Assembly: GCA_965235115.1 (NCBI GenBank)
Contig: OZ249444.1
Span: 20,956,001 to 21,020,000, forward strand
Direction of reading: 5' to 3'
DNA from: Laetmonice hystrix
Taxonomy: Eukaryota
DNA: 64,000 nucleotides
Both the position numbers and the translations under genes were made by a program. Under the pieces are notes generated by a model. The model was not told where the DNA came from and did not search any database. It worked only from the letters and a program-made list of their open reading frames with translations. Below, piece by piece: positions 13,424-27,291 of the stretch (positions within the stretch are counted from its first letter, which is position 1; each line of letters begins with the position of its first letter).

Positions 13424-13797
13424 TTAAGAACCATGCTATAATTATTGTGGTTTTGATACCAAATAGAGATAGGATGTTGGGTGTTGAGACGTCCGAGTAT
13501 TTAACCCACTTGTTCCCGTTTCACAAAGTCTCTCGCTGCATTGTGGACACTGGAAAGTTCTATATGCAGTCGTGGATGGAGCCGCCTGCGCTTTGCTATT
13601 TACTTGCATGCTAGTATTGAAACAGCCACATTTAGAAGCGCGTCCATTAGGTTCGGGTAGGGATGCCGACGGAGGGTTCATCTATATGCGGAAGCCATCC
13701 AGACACTGTCGATTTACCGTATGGAGGGGGGATATGACGAGAAGAGGCTGCTGACATTCATGGATGCCCCTCCCTACAAAAAGAGGCTGAAGGGACG

Positions 13798-13812
13798 CCA
13801 GCAGGGGGCGCT
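13798..13812 (+). promoter_or_regulatory. CTCF-type motif (ccagcagggggcgct)
   Basis: Match to the CTCF core consensus. Confidence 0.5.
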
Positions 13813-15394
13813 TGGTTTTTGTTTGCGTGATAATCGGAGCTACTTTATCAATATCTTATTCCATATACATCGTTTGTCGCGCCACCGATCAGACGATGGA
13901 GAATAGGATAAAAAAGGTCTTACATGAAGTGTGAGTCGGTGATGAGGAGTAGGTATCAGTGCCTGCCGTGTTTCTCAGTACACTTCGCGACCTGTGACGG
14001 AACCATTATCGCTAGGCCTTACTGTCTCTTGTGTGCTGGTCGTCTAAAGGTTGACCAATCACAGACGTTCAAAGGATACTAGTTCAAAGTGAATATCTTT
14101 TACTCAGGAATCCCCGCCATCTTCTTCCCACCCAATCCACCAGGTGTCAGGTTCGATACAAACTCAGGAATAAGCCCAAGTAATTTTAACTCTTTCCAAT
14201 TGCCGGCCTCGTGCCAACGCCAGATTCTAGTATTCGCACTGAGGTAATGGCGTAATACAATAGGCCTATCATCCTTTTTATCATCTTTCATTTTTAATGA
14301 CAAATGGTTGTTGTATTGAATCAGTGTTGGAAGCCTTGCCAAACCTAAAACATCATGCATGAGAAATGCCAGCATTTAAATATGGAACCTTTACCAACTT
14401 AGGGTGCGTTTCACAAACATTGCAATTATATCGTGCTTTTAAGTCCCCATCGAAATCTTCTGAAACGCACCCCAGCATTTTACATGGCAAATCCGGCAAT
14501 CTGGTAATAAAACGCGTATTTACAAATAATGATATCGTCAACGTAAGGAAGAATCCTATGAAGGCGCTCCATGCATCCTAAGTTACCTGTCAGTATCCTG
14601 AACTCCCGGCTTCCTGTCCTTCCCAACCCTTGGCCTTAATGACTTCAGGGGATGTGTTTCAAGCAGCGCTTAGATAAACATGAGGATGAAAGTATTGAAT
14701 TCTACTTGAACTTGTTTCAGCCATGATTCACAATAGAAGGGAAAAAATAGTGTTTGCCTGCATACTTTGAAAGAGGATGATAATTTTCTACATCCCTATC
14801 GATCACTGCTCGTCCTTGAAAACTGTCCTCCACACCTGTACAGACTATAGACTCAACGGGCCCGGATGACTGAGGCGATAATAGGTGCACTCTGTCACAA
14901 TCTCTGCACTTCTCAACACAGGCATTGGTCAGTAGCAATGGTTTGGGCTGTAAATAGTTACTAAAAGTGTTGTAGGGTAAGACACATTTAAGGTCATTGG
15001 CCAATGGCAGTGCCATCAAGCAATTCATTACCGTCTAGTGGGTGTTTGTTCTTCCTTTTTTATGAGATAGCGCCAATAACCTTTTTGCTTGACTATGGGT
15101 CCTACTGTGCGCTGCCATTGATGTGACTTGATTTACAAAGGTATAAGGGCGACTTAAACTACTCGAGAGTCATCTAGAGATATTCTTATCCAACAGAGCC
15201 AGTGGTTTTACTGCTGGTTGTGTTAACACCCGCCTGACCACAGGACAGCCGACAATATTGTAAATCTGGCGGAACTTTCTGGCAGCAACAAATTCTAAAT
15301 TCTATGTTGTGAATATTTCTTTATAAAGCATAGATGAAATAATCTGAAATAATCACGTCGGGAAGGGCCCTAGAGACAACTCGTGTGTCAGAGG

Positions 15395-16556
15395 GACAAG
15401 TCTGCAGTGGTCTATGACCCCCCACCCAGAGCTAGTCTGACAAGTCTGCAGTGGTCCATGATCCCCCACCCACGGCTAGTTTGACAAGTCTGCAGTGGTC
15501 CATGATCCCCCACCCACGGCAAGTCTGACAAGTCTGCAGTGGTCCATGATCCCCCACCCACAGCTAGTTTGACAAGTCTGCAGTCGTCTATGATCCCCCA
15601 CCCACGGCAAGTCTGACAAGTCTGCAGTGGTCCATGATTCCCCACCCACGGCTAGTCTGACAAGTCTGCAGTGGTCTATGATCCCCCACCCACGGCTAGT
15701 CTGACAAGTCTGCAGTGGTTTATGATCCCCCACCCACGCCTAGTCTGACAAGTCTGCAGTGGTCCATGATCCCCCACCCACGGCTAGTCTGACAAGTCTG
15801 CAGTGGTCCATGATCCCCCACCCACGGCTAGTTTGACAAGTCTGCAGTGGTCCATGATCCCCCACCCACGGCTAGTTTGACAAGTCTGCAGTGGTCCATG
15901 ATCCCCCACCCACGGCTAGTCTGACAAGTCTGTAGTGGTCTATGATCCCCCACCCACGGCTAGCCTGACAAGTCTGCAGTGGTCCATGATCCCCCACCCA
16001 CGGCTAGTCTGACAAGTCTGCAGTGGTCTATGATCCCCCACCCACGCCTAGTCTGACAAGTCTGCAATGGTCTATGATCCCCCACCCACGGCTAGTTTGA
16101 CAAGTCTGCAGTGGTCCATGATCCCCCACCCACGGCTAGTCTGACAAGTCTGCAGTGGTCCATGATCCCCCACCCACGGCTAGTCTGACAAGTCTGCAGT
16201 GGTCTATGATCCCCCACCCACGGCTAGTCTGACAAGTCTGCAGTGGTCTATGATCCCCCACCCACGGCTAGTCTGAAAAGTCTGCAGTGGTCTATGATCC
16301 CCCACCCACGGCTAGTCTGAAAAGTCTGCAGTGGTCTATGATCCCCCACCCACGGCTAGTCTGACAAGTCTGCAGTGGTCCATGATTCCCCACCCACGGC
16401 TAGTCTGAAAAGTCTGCAGTGGTCTATGATCCCCCACCCACAGCTAGTTTGACAAGTCTGCAGTGGTCTATGATCCCCCACCCAGAGCTAGTCTGACAAG
16501 TCTGCAGTGGTCCATGATCCCCCACCCACAGCTAGTTTGACAAGTCTGCAGTGGTA
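15395..16556. repeat. Minisatellite, 44-bp unit (gacaagtctgcagtggtc[c/t]atgatcccccacccacggctagt[c/t]t), ~26 copies
   Basis: Direct reading; gacaag recurs at 15395, 15439 and onward. It explains ORFs 15412..15645 and 15476..15733. Confidence 0.98.
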
Positions 16557-16624
16557 CTGCAATTTGTATATCTGGGCTCTAGTGAAAGACATATATCACG
16601 TCACGTGTGTGTTTTATCCTAGCA

Positions 16625-16749
16625 TTGGCATATGTAAATACATTCCGGTCAGAGTTGTTTTTCCGTTGGCATATGTAAATACATCCCGGTCAGAGTTGTT
16701 TTTTCGTTGGCATATGTAAACACATTCCTGTCAGAGTTGTTTTTCCGTC
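16625..16749. repeat. Three tandem ~41-42-bp copies (ttggcatatgtaaatacattccggtcagagttgtttttccg)
   Basis: Direct reading at 16625, 16666 and 16707. Confidence 0.9.
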
Positions 16750-19700
16750 ATGTGATATTTCTCTTTAAACCACACCTCCCTGTGTGATTCTCTGAGATGG
16801 CATAGGTGGTCTTTTCGTAACTTGTAAAAATGAATTGTTTCAATAATTATCAATTATGCATGTGCATGCATGGAAATCAATTCATTTTGTCCCTTGTACT
16901 CATCTATCAGATCAAGTAGTACCAACAGTCACCCAGCAGTCAACACTGCCAGAATCGATTTTTATTATTAATCACACCCTAAACATAAGAAAATCCTCGA
17001 GCTTATCATGTCTATAGAACAAATGTTTGCTTTAATTAAAGACAGGCTAAGTTACGTATGGTCTGAAGAAGGGTTGCGAGACAAAACGGAAATAAAGTAG
17101 ATTGACTACATAAAAAGAATTGGATAAAACAAACAGTGCGCATCGAGAAGGCCGTGACTAGACAACAGACGTGCAAACATTACGATTATTCGTCTTCGTG
17201 AACAGATGATCAGTACACTCAACAAATGAATATTAAAGGGCGCCATTTTACGACTGACTTTGCGGTTATGATAGCGTAAAGAGGTCCGAATTAAATATTC
17301 CTACCCTGAAAATTTAATCAACCTACAGTCAGCCCCCAAAGTGAATTTCGGTCTACACCGAAATTCAGTAGTTATGCATTGTAGAGGGGTGTGTGGTCCT
17401 GACCCAATTGGAAGTTATGCCATTTCTCGGCCAAGTCAACGACCTCACAAAAGATTCGAAAGCCGTTCGAAAGTGTAATTCTTCCAATTGTGCCCCTTTA
17501 AATCTGCAAGGCATGAGGATCACGCCACATAAAACTAGGAGAATGATTGTGAGCCCGGAGTGCCGGAATCTGACCGCCTTAGGCCGTGAGATTTCCTACC
17601 AGTCTGGACCGTGGCAGTAGTAGCGTTGACATTTCCACGTGATGCACTTAGACAGTCGCTGCAGGGTGCAAGGATAAAAGTGTGTAACTTGAGAAAGTAT
17701 GGAATACCTGCGACGACATGCGGGAGGCGAGAAGCGATATGGGACCGAACAGTGTCAATTTAGCACATAGAATGTTTCTTATTGACACCGACATCAAGAT
17801 CCACTGCTCAATTAGTGCCTATTTAACAATAATCTTGGGGCTAAAGTGAAAACTAACACTAACCCTAGGCCTAACCTTTACCCTAACCCAAACACACTGT
17901 CTCGCATCTCACATGTCGTCGCCGGTATTCCATAAGAAAGACACCAGGAACGCTCTGACTCCTCAAGTTACGGGAAACCCCCACTTCGGATCAGTGGTTT
18001 TGTTTAATACCTGTTGAAGGACCGGTTCGGTAACTTAGGCAGTTTTTTTTTATCTTTCTATGTGTCTCGGTGAAGGTGGAGTCAGAAGGACCAATATAAA
18101 ACTCTGTCCTGTGGAGTGTTAATGTCCCCAGCCAGGCCTGAATCGATTGTTCTATGATATACGTGCCACTTACAGGTAATCAGGGAAAAACAATGTCGAT
18201 TAAATACAATGTATATCCGAGTGCATGCTTAAGGCTAGGAAAGGGGTTTTTGTACGGACGTACGGTGAGGTATCGAGGCGTCATTGGGACGCCATTACGT
18301 GTATCGAAGTAGGTACCAAACGATGTTAGTAGTGCATGGAAACTGGCGTTTACCTCAGGGCAACATAGGTCACTGAGCTCAGGCGGAACTCATGCCTAAC
18401 TTTACACCTCAACTTGTAAGGCGGCACCACCATGCCTAACCTTACACCTGAACCTGTAATGGTCAGGGGTTTTTTTAGAGAATCTGGGGTCTTTTTCATA
18501 ATTTTACTTTCAAAAGCGACCTGTCATTCTGTGCTTTGACGTCACACTGGTGATAAGTAGCTACTTGATGAGACGTGGGAAGTGAAATACTGTTTGTACG
18601 CGCCCCTTGTCAATGGTAATGGTTGGAGAAAGACCTGAAGAGGTTTGGTGGGAGGGAGGCAACATTCTGGCGGGTTATTTACGGGAGCACGAGCGAGTAA
18701 GGACGGAGATAAAGAAACGGGTGAGACGGTGGAATCTATGTGGGAAACGTGAGGAACTCTGCCGACCTTCCCAGCACTTCGTTCTGTAGCTCTGGTCCTG
18801 GCCTTTACCACGAATAGGATGCTCCGAATAGGAACCCGAGCCCGGTCTCATGGGGACCATGAAAAACTACACAGTTGGGTAGGGGAAGTTTATTAGTCCC
18901 GAGGAACCCATGCAGGTTACGGAGGTTTGACAGATTAAGGAGATGTGAAAGATTAAGGCGGTTTCGCCCATGAAGGAGGTCTGGCCATTATGTTTATAGC
19001 TGTTGCGTGTCAGTGTTCTGGGTTTCATGACCGTACCTAATCACTATCCTATATACTATCTGCCACTAAACTGTGACAGGGGTTGGTTTTCACTTGTCGG
19101 ACCACGCATAGAACACTGATGCTACTGTGTGTCCCTACCGCGTACATGTGGCCTCTGTATGCATGCATGAAGGTGGGCAACGCGTGCAGCATGGCCGCAC
19201 GGTATCTCGTCTTGTAACAGTATCCCATACTCCCGAGCTATAGACTATCGACTATGGCTCTCCTCTGCCGGCCACACAACCAATGGGACAGGTCCATTGA
19301 AAGCCGACACCCAATGCTATATTTCCAGGAAGCACAGATGCTTCCTTGAGAAGAGAGGGTTTCGTGGACCCAGAGGGGGATAAAATTGTCCGTTAAAGGG
19401 TTCAAACGTTCTGAGGGCGCGCGGCGCTGCCATCAAAGGCCCCCTCCGGGGCCACCCCACCCTACTACGAGAAGGTTGTTATTGGTGTTTGGTGGCCGGT
19501 CTGGCGGGTCTTGCCGCCCCTCATACCAATAGAGTTACCCCCTTGGAGATTCATGTCACCGCCATTGTAAACATCCTCCGACAGCCGGACTGCATGTGCT
19601 ATAGCACGGCTATCAACCCCTCTAACATTTCAACGTCCCCTTCTCCGACTCCAAGTGTTACGAGCCAAGCAGTTTCTCAGTGTCCAACCTATGGACCTTT

Positions 19701-22700
19701 CCAAATCGGGATTTTAGGGGGAATCTTTGAAATCTGGAGGCCCTGAAACACCATTCCAACACTCTCAAACAAATATTTCTGTCAAAAAGGCTGGTAAATT
19801 GATCACCATTTTACATGATACTTGAAGTGTAATGAGCATTTGACAACAGTTTCTTTCTGGGCTCTTTGCTCGTGGGAGCACCTCTTCCAAATCGCGATTT
19901 TTTTCTATCCCGACTGAGGACGCGTCGGGATCCGGGATCTTCAAGCAAGATCGGGAAATAGTGTTACCCATCGCCTTAGTCCATAAGCTGGCGAAAGCTT
20001 GTGATTTTCTTGCAATGTCCCGTCATATTTATTTCTTACCAGTTTCAGCAGTATCTGCTGTCCTGCTGCATGAAATCAACTTATTCAGTGTTCTCCGTCT
20101 CGAGCTGACATTATCTGCTAAACCGGTATGAGATGATGCCACGTAAAGTCATGTGTAATCAATGGTTCTGCCATCGTCGGTAACATCAGTGACATAAAAA
20201 TTATTATCTAAATTTGTGTTTGTGAAATGGCACTGCTTGAAGGACATTAGACCCTAATGTTGCAGGCAATTACAACTGTTATCCTCACATTTATCGTTTC
20301 TGTCGCCATAATTTGATTTTACTGAGCTCCGATTCAGATATCTAAATCATAATGTGCCTCGCTCCTTGACATTTCCGGCGCACGAAGACCTATTGCCTGT
20401 GTGATAAATCTCAACTCTAGAAACAAACCTCTTTTGCTTATAGTGTTCCCGGATGTAACGGTCGACTGGTTTAATAGAAGTACAATGTAGTACAAAGCTG
20501 TCTATCAATGGCTCCATTTGCCTGTCTAGTCTCATCATTATACATAAATCATTTGGTAATGACATGTTTAGCAGACACCACGTAACTCTGTTGGCTTGTC
20601 AGCATTAATGAAAATCATCCATAAACAATGAAAACCGTGGCTCAAACATCCGCATGTGGCGCCACTGCCGCCTAGGTGATAATGCGCATGCCCATAGGTC
20701 TTTTCCGCTTCCTTTGGTGAGCGTCTCCGGCTACAATCAATCTCCTCACGACGGTGCTGAATTTCTGGAGACTCATAAGCCATGCAATGTTTGTGCTACA
20801 ACCTCTTGACTTGGTCGTGAAGAGGGTGGGGCCTTACATTAACAGTCCATAACAATAGCAGCGTCTGCTCGTGTCAGATCGATGTTCGAGTACATTGAGG
20901 GCCTCCCACATGTCAGTGAGGGCGACGGTGGCCAGCACAGTGGGCTCAGACCCGACGGGCCTTGTTCCTGGACCCATTGAGAATTACCCTCGTACGATAT
21001 GGCAACGTTTGCCATTCCGATCCCAGAGGCATGAGAACATGACACTGATCTTAAAACATTTGACAGACGATCGATGGTTCCAATCAATACACCTCTACCA
21101 TTCCGTGGGTCCTTACGACTACAGGCCGTTAATGTTACTTGGTCTAGGTCTGTCTCCACTGTGGAAACGACCATCCATGACCATGATCCAGGCTTGACCA
21201 GGACATCACCCTACCAACCACTGTCCGGGGTCTGCTGGTGGCCTGACCGTAGTCTGTGTCAACCTTGTAGAGCAGAGACAGACTTTACAACCAGAGTTTG
21301 CTGTAATGGTAGGCGTCTATCAATATGCCAGTAGGTCGTATATCGCCTGACAGGCAACGACAGGGGCTCGGTTTACGCCATCTGTCCCAGACATGAATAC
21401 CTCACCGTCTCAAGAAATTGCTGCAGTCATGTCTATCACCCAGAATACAATCGTATCTAACCTTTTATCAGAGCCCGTTGAGATTATTGTTTGCATGGAG
21501 CAGGGAAATTTCATGTTGGTGAGGCCGACACCGCCGCCTCATGGCACAACTTTCAAGTTGGGGTCTCTTTTTTATAGACATTACTAAATTTCGTAAGGCA
21601 AGCATTTTTTTAAGTAAGTTTAGAATCCTATACGCGGAATCGTAAAAGCCACTGGCACATCATGTTTTCTGGGCGGATGACTGACATGAATAATGAAAAT
21701 GGAGCGCCACCTTTCCCGGACTCTCTACCTTTCTCGGTATTTTCTATGATATAGTAAATGTAGCCTTTTATCTTTTTTATTCCGTTTAAGATGCTATCAG
21801 TTTCATGAATAAAGATTCCTCTGTTTGTGGGCCCCCCTTGGTACATTGGTACATGGGAAATCCCGAATTATTCAAAGATACTCTTGACCCTAGGGTCCCT
21901 TGTGCCACTGAAGGGACCGGAGTACTAAAACTAGCCAGGAATTCATCCGCGGATGTGCCCTGGCTTATTGTGTTCTAAATTCACTTACGATTTAAGACAA
22001 ACAGCTTTACAAAACATGTTTTTAAAGTTATAACAAATCGGTTTCCCCCAGCTCCTGTGTGGCTTTTACGCACTCCATTAGTCTAGACTGCACCAGATCG
22101 ATTGCTAAAGCCTAGCCGCCCGAGCCGTCGGTCGTCATTTACGCCAATTCGCTAGGATATTTCAACGTATGGAGGACAACGTTCGAAGTACATATGAAAA
22201 CGGTGGCCAAAATGTTCCTGATTTATTGACACATGCTGTCCGTTCTACTTCACTCTTCATGCGATAAAACAACATCCTTCATCCCTTGGATAGAGTTTGA
22301 CGATTAGTGGCGATGTGTTGTTTTAGTCTCCGAGGACGTTTGTTGAGTCGATGATTTTATACCAGTTTGACTTCTTGCGTCGTCGCTAAATCATTCTAAA
22401 TCACTATGATTTGGTGATAAAGTGTGCTTGTAGGAAGTCAAGACGAAATATTTTCTGAAGAAATACTTTTGATAATTACGTAAATATGACTACTTTCCGT
22501 CCAGTGCAAGGAGGTTATCTTTTTTATTTTTTCAAATATTTTCGTTGACATTGACGCGGTATTCTGGTCACGGTCTGTCGGATATTTCATTGTTCCCAAG
22601 AAATGTTTCTGTTCCATTTCTCTCAATAAGGAAACATGGTCGGATGTTCATACATAACCGTATGGCGGGAGTATCGGACCATTGCACGGATTATTGCATC

Positions 22701-23058
22701 CCTTTAATATCAAATGGTTGTCAACAGGCTTATACTTCCAAAGGTTTACAGGCCTATAACACACCATCAAGTTAAATGACGGTAAATAGTAGGAGCGTTA
22801 CACTCCCCGGTATTTCGTCGTGGTTTCATTCATTTCATCATAACCAATACTACTGAAGTACTACAATGTGGCTCTCCTACTGAAGTAGGCAAAGTACGCA
22901 ATCTTTACTTTCAGACAGGAAAGCTCGTGAAGTTGTCCGTTTAAAGAACTATGCCCTTATATCTAAGTATTTTTAAATAAGAGATATCTTGCTCCTCTAT
23001 GGACATACTTTTTACTAGTAACAATTAACTGATTCTGTGTATTTTCCTGTTTTAACAG

Positions 23059-23235
23059 CCACTTGGTAGACAAGGCCAATGATTGGTTACGTAAAAACAC
23101 GGACGTACTACTGACGTCATGTGAAACGGTGACGTGGATGAGTACGAACCCGAAGGCTCTCGGTGACTCGGAGCAGGTGGTCCTCACGAAAAGTGTCTCC
23201 GAGCATGGCCATACACACTACAGGAGAGGTCTAAG
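23059..23235 (+). CDS. Gene 1 (uncharacterised four-repeat tail-anchored protein), first visible internal exon: HLVDKANDWLRKNTDVLLTSCETVTWMSTNPKALGDSEQVVLTKSVSEHGHTHYRRGL(R)
   Basis: Acceptor ttttcctgttttaacag| and donor AG|gtaaat. The 177-nt exon is open in phase 2/2, and its AN-x-WL, CETV and LR-LW motifs recur in downstream exons. The upstream exon was not located. Confidence 0.85.
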
Positions 23236-23450
23236 GTAAATACACAGTCTGATTACTTACACCAATCAACTCTCCTTCTTTGTCTCCCCGTTATGTCAGT
23301 GCTGATGTCAACACGATATTGGGTGACCGAACAGCCGCTCACATGTAGTGTGACGTCCTTCTGTGAACAGTAAAACTGTTCATACCTAATTAATTTTCAG
23401 TCTAAAAAAACAGATAGCCTGTAGTCTTATAACACCGCATGTGCAATGTA

Positions 23451-23527
23451 CAGAGTTTTTCAAAAGACTTTTAAGATTTTTGTGATACTATTGGTATCTG
23501 TAATGTTAACATTTTTGAAGCAACCTG
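23451..23527. mobile_element. Short Tc1/mariner-like MITE remnant (TA TSD)
   Basis: The ends read ta|cagagtttttcaaaa ... ttttgaagcaacctg|ta, an 11/15 TIR match. Confidence 0.45.
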
Positions 23528-23935
23528 TATGTACTCAGGGGACTGACGTCATGGCCTTGTGTTAAGCCCTTTTTTTCTGGTAGTTCAAGTATTAACTTCA
23601 GAGAAAGGTTACCCCAGGCACTGGGGAAACCACATGCAACGCAATTTTCTGTAGTCAGCAGTTTAGGACTTCAAAGTGAAACCCCCAGATTTACGTTGCT
23701 ACTGTTTCCATAGCAATGTCATCCCTCTCGACTTCCGCGTCTGGGAAGTTGTTTGTTTCAGATTTGTTATCGAAAACAAAGGTGGTTGATTTTACATTTG
23801 TATCCTGAGTGCAATGATAGAGGACGATTCATCCAATTATCCTTGTTGAGGAGGTATTCCTAACACGTCTTCTAGTAACATCTCTAGAGTAGGCCTCGAC
23901 CAACTACTACTGTGCTTGGCCCATCTAACCTATTA

Positions 23936-24104
23936 GTCCGATTTCCCATCCGATAATCAAAAAATCTATCAAAAACTATGTTTACAAAAAATCTGTCCAG
24001 TCATAATACGCCAGAATTATGCATATTATCACCTACAATTCTATAAAAAAAAAATCAGTTTCTTATCTAAAAGATCGGATGAGAGATCGGATGAAAATCG
24101 GGAC
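23936..24104. mobile_element. Inverted-repeat-bounded element remnant
   Basis: gtccgatttcccatccgat pairs with atcggatgaaaatcgggac (~19-bp imperfect IR). No TSD was seen. Confidence 0.4.
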
Positions 24105-26569
24105 AGGGACACCCGCTTTAATTACTCTACTTTGTATCTCACGTCAGTGTCATATTCTTCTTTTACCACCACGTAGATGGCAATTATTGATTCTACAAAG
24201 ACTGACTGATTCCTGTCAAAGACCAGTGGGACAGGAATCAGGCAACGTTCAGTGGGCAGTGGTGGGGTGTGCATGTAGTCTGACGTCAATCATAATGGCC
24301 CCATGTAACGGACAGCCACAGCTTTCCTCCTACTACCACCATGCCAGACTGAACCATAGCGGTCTGACTTCAGCCACGCCTCCATCAGGTTGGCGAAGAT
24401 CCACATCTACAAATCTACAGCTATGGTTACGAGAAAAATGGGACCCAAGCTTTTCCAAGATAATCTTCTTTGTCGATGACATTAATAATATCACGTTTTG
24501 TAATTATGTACACATAAAGAACCCACTGTAAAATTGTTGAAACGTACCTTTTCACTGTATTTATTCTTAAATGGCCATCATGTTGCCATAATATAACGTC
24601 TAAGTGAACTGCTAGTACCAATAAAAATCTGAAATGGACATTTACCTAGCAGATACAGGATCTTCCACTCGTATAATATAATAATACACATTGGAAATGT
24701 ACGTGGTTTATAGTTTATGAGTTTTCAGTGAAACATTTCCAAACAACTATCTCGTAAATAGGCAAGGAATGTGTTATTTACGAGACACTCTCATGCAGTG
24801 TACGAGCTCCTAGGGTCTCGGTGAAACAATCGCTAGGTGCCCACGGAGCGACGTGCCCTTCTTTACGAGAAGGTGCCCTTTCACGTTGATAGAAACTGCC
24901 CATCAAGAAACTGGTCCCTCTGAACCCCAGCTGCCCTCCTTCCAGCAATCTTAAACAGGTGTAGCCACCCTTGTTGTAGTTTGAACAGGTTACGGTCTGA
25001 AGATTACCAAAGTATCAACCAATTCTCTGGTACTAAAAGTAATCCCAGACAAATCTACTGAATACTACCATATAGATACCATTCAACTCTAGCGGTGCCA
25101 TGCAGCGCCCTCTACCGTTAAGTCACAGTCCATGCCATCCATTGCGTTATAGAATCCTAATGATTCTCGTCGCTTTGGATATGCCAATTCTCATCGCCAT
25201 GAGCCATCTTCTATCTCACATAACTGTTTTATGAACGCTATCTAGTACCTATTTCCCTAGCTATACAGCTATATTTCCCTATAGTGAGTGTCCGACATTT
25301 GAGCGACTCGGAGATGATATATGCCAGGTATGGGGGCCTGACCACCTATGACCACTGCGGCGGCCGTCACTAATGAGATCTGAGAGTGGGCTCACCTATA
25401 GACCAGACCGGAAGGTTGGGGCGTTACGAGCCCGGGGTCTGAACTTTTCTCTCCCGTCCGGGGTGGGGGGTGGCGGGTGGGGTGGGGGGGGGTGGAATGG
25501 GGGTCGTCATCAACGTTAGATAGGGCTGTGTGGGCACAAACACGTCCGTGAGAACACAGTATACCGGCGACCGTACACGGTCGTTAACGTAGGGGCCTAA
25601 AGGTCAAGGTTATCTTGGCGGTCTTAAAGGACGACAGGTCTCTCATCACCAAGGACATAATATACCACATACCCGTCGAAAATACACCTAACCCTTATTA
25701 CTATCCACGAGCACAGAAAATAACCAATAGCTGTAAGATTAAGGCGCTACGGATTCAGGATCGGCCTTGTATACAACATGTCATCTGGGGCTATCTCTCG
25801 ATGACCGTAACAAAAACAAAGGTCAATCATGAGACTATACCCCTTTATATGATCACTGTATAGTCATCTACGACTCGCAATGTTCATTATTTATTCCCCT
25901 TCATAGTGTTACAACAAAGGTAATGTCCTGAATGGAGGATATTTAATTGGGACAAATTCGATTAGGTCTCCAACATAGCAGAACTTCGATGACAGTCATT
26001 CGGCAGTTAGACCAATCCGTCTAATGATTTCAAAGGACATACATCCATCTACCTCTCCTCCGTGAACCTACTGTACTCTATTTGTTCTGTGCGGACCCTT
26101 GTCCGTATTTTTGTATTTTCCCCCGTGAAGACGGCTTTAGTCTCCGACTCGGCGTAAACCCGCCAACTCTCAATCATTCGTCCATTTGGTAAATGTCCAC
26201 ATACGTGGTTTGGTATCAAAGAAACTAATGAAATGTTGCCTTTACTTTTAACGCCGTCGTGTGCCAGACGATTATCATTAAAAACGTGAGCTTTATCGTT
26301 TCACTCTGCGAGATGCTGACAATGTTATTTAGGTAGAACGCGCCCCCAGGTTAATCCAGTTGTGTGGATTTTTGTGGATTATCTCTGTAACGAAGACACG
26401 TATCGAGTATGACACATAGTCAGTGTGGGTTTAACGTAAAGCATTGGTATCTATGACGTGCTCCCCTTAGAGTCATTTCCATTGTCAATCACTGTTGTCA
26501 ATATTGTCAATGACGCTATATTCCTGGTTCTAGGGGTAGCGAGTTTCAGCTTCCATTGAGCTCTAATTG

Positions 26570-27291
26570 CCTCACAAGTCCGACCATATCGCTGGTATCT
26601 ACGGCTAGTTAAACTACATGGACACGGAGATTGACTAACTTTGTCAGGTGACGATATTAAGTACTAGTAGGTCCTCACAAGTCTGACCAGATTGCTGGTA
26701 TCTACGGCTAGTTAAACTATATGGACACGGAGATTGACTAACTTTGTCAGGTGACGATATTAAGTACTAGTAGGTCCTCACAAGTCTGACCAGATTGCTG
26801 GTATCTACGGCTAGTTAAACTACATGGACACGAAGATTGACTAACTTTGTCAGGTGACGATATTAAGTACTAGTAGGTCCTCACAAGTCCGACCATATTG
26901 CTGGTATCTACGGCTAGTTAAACTACATGGACACGAAGATTGACTAACTTTGTCAGGTGACGATATTAAGTACTAGTAGGTCCTCACAAGTCCGACCATA
27001 TTGCTGGTATCTACGGCTAGTTAAACTATATGGACACGGAGATTGACTAACTTTGTCAGGTGACGATATTAAGTACTAGTAGGTCCTCACAAGTCCGACC
27101 ATATTGCTGGTATCTACGGCTAGTTAAACTACATGGACACGAAGATTGACTAACTTTGTCAGGTGACGATATTAAGTACTAGTAGGTCCTCACAAGTCCG
27201 ACCATATTGCTGGTATCTACGGCTAGTTAAACTATATGGACACGGAGATTGACTAACTTTGTCAGGTGACGATATTAAGTACTAGTAGGTC
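26570..27291. repeat. Tandem repeat, 103-bp unit, 7 copies (intron 1 of gene 1)
   Basis: cctcacaagtc recurs at 26570, 26673, 26776 and onward. Confidence 0.98.

Noticed and set aside
14506-14572. YVDDIII reverse-transcriptase-like motif on the - strand
   Set aside because: The flanking residues lack the other RT motifs (no upstream PFGL/QG-type block, no downstream L..GL), and the frame closes within ~15 codons.
17850-17895. Telomere-like (TAACCC) tract
   Set aside because: It has only a few degenerate units. Such tracts are common inside invertebrate repeats and this is not an interstitial telomere array.
24421-24531. LWLREKWDPSFSKIIFFVDD resembling the start of exon 35962 (possible mutually exclusive exon)
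   Set aside because: The AG is in the wrong phase for the 23235 donor, there is no polypyrimidine tract, and the YVP/FxxL motifs and a donor are missing.
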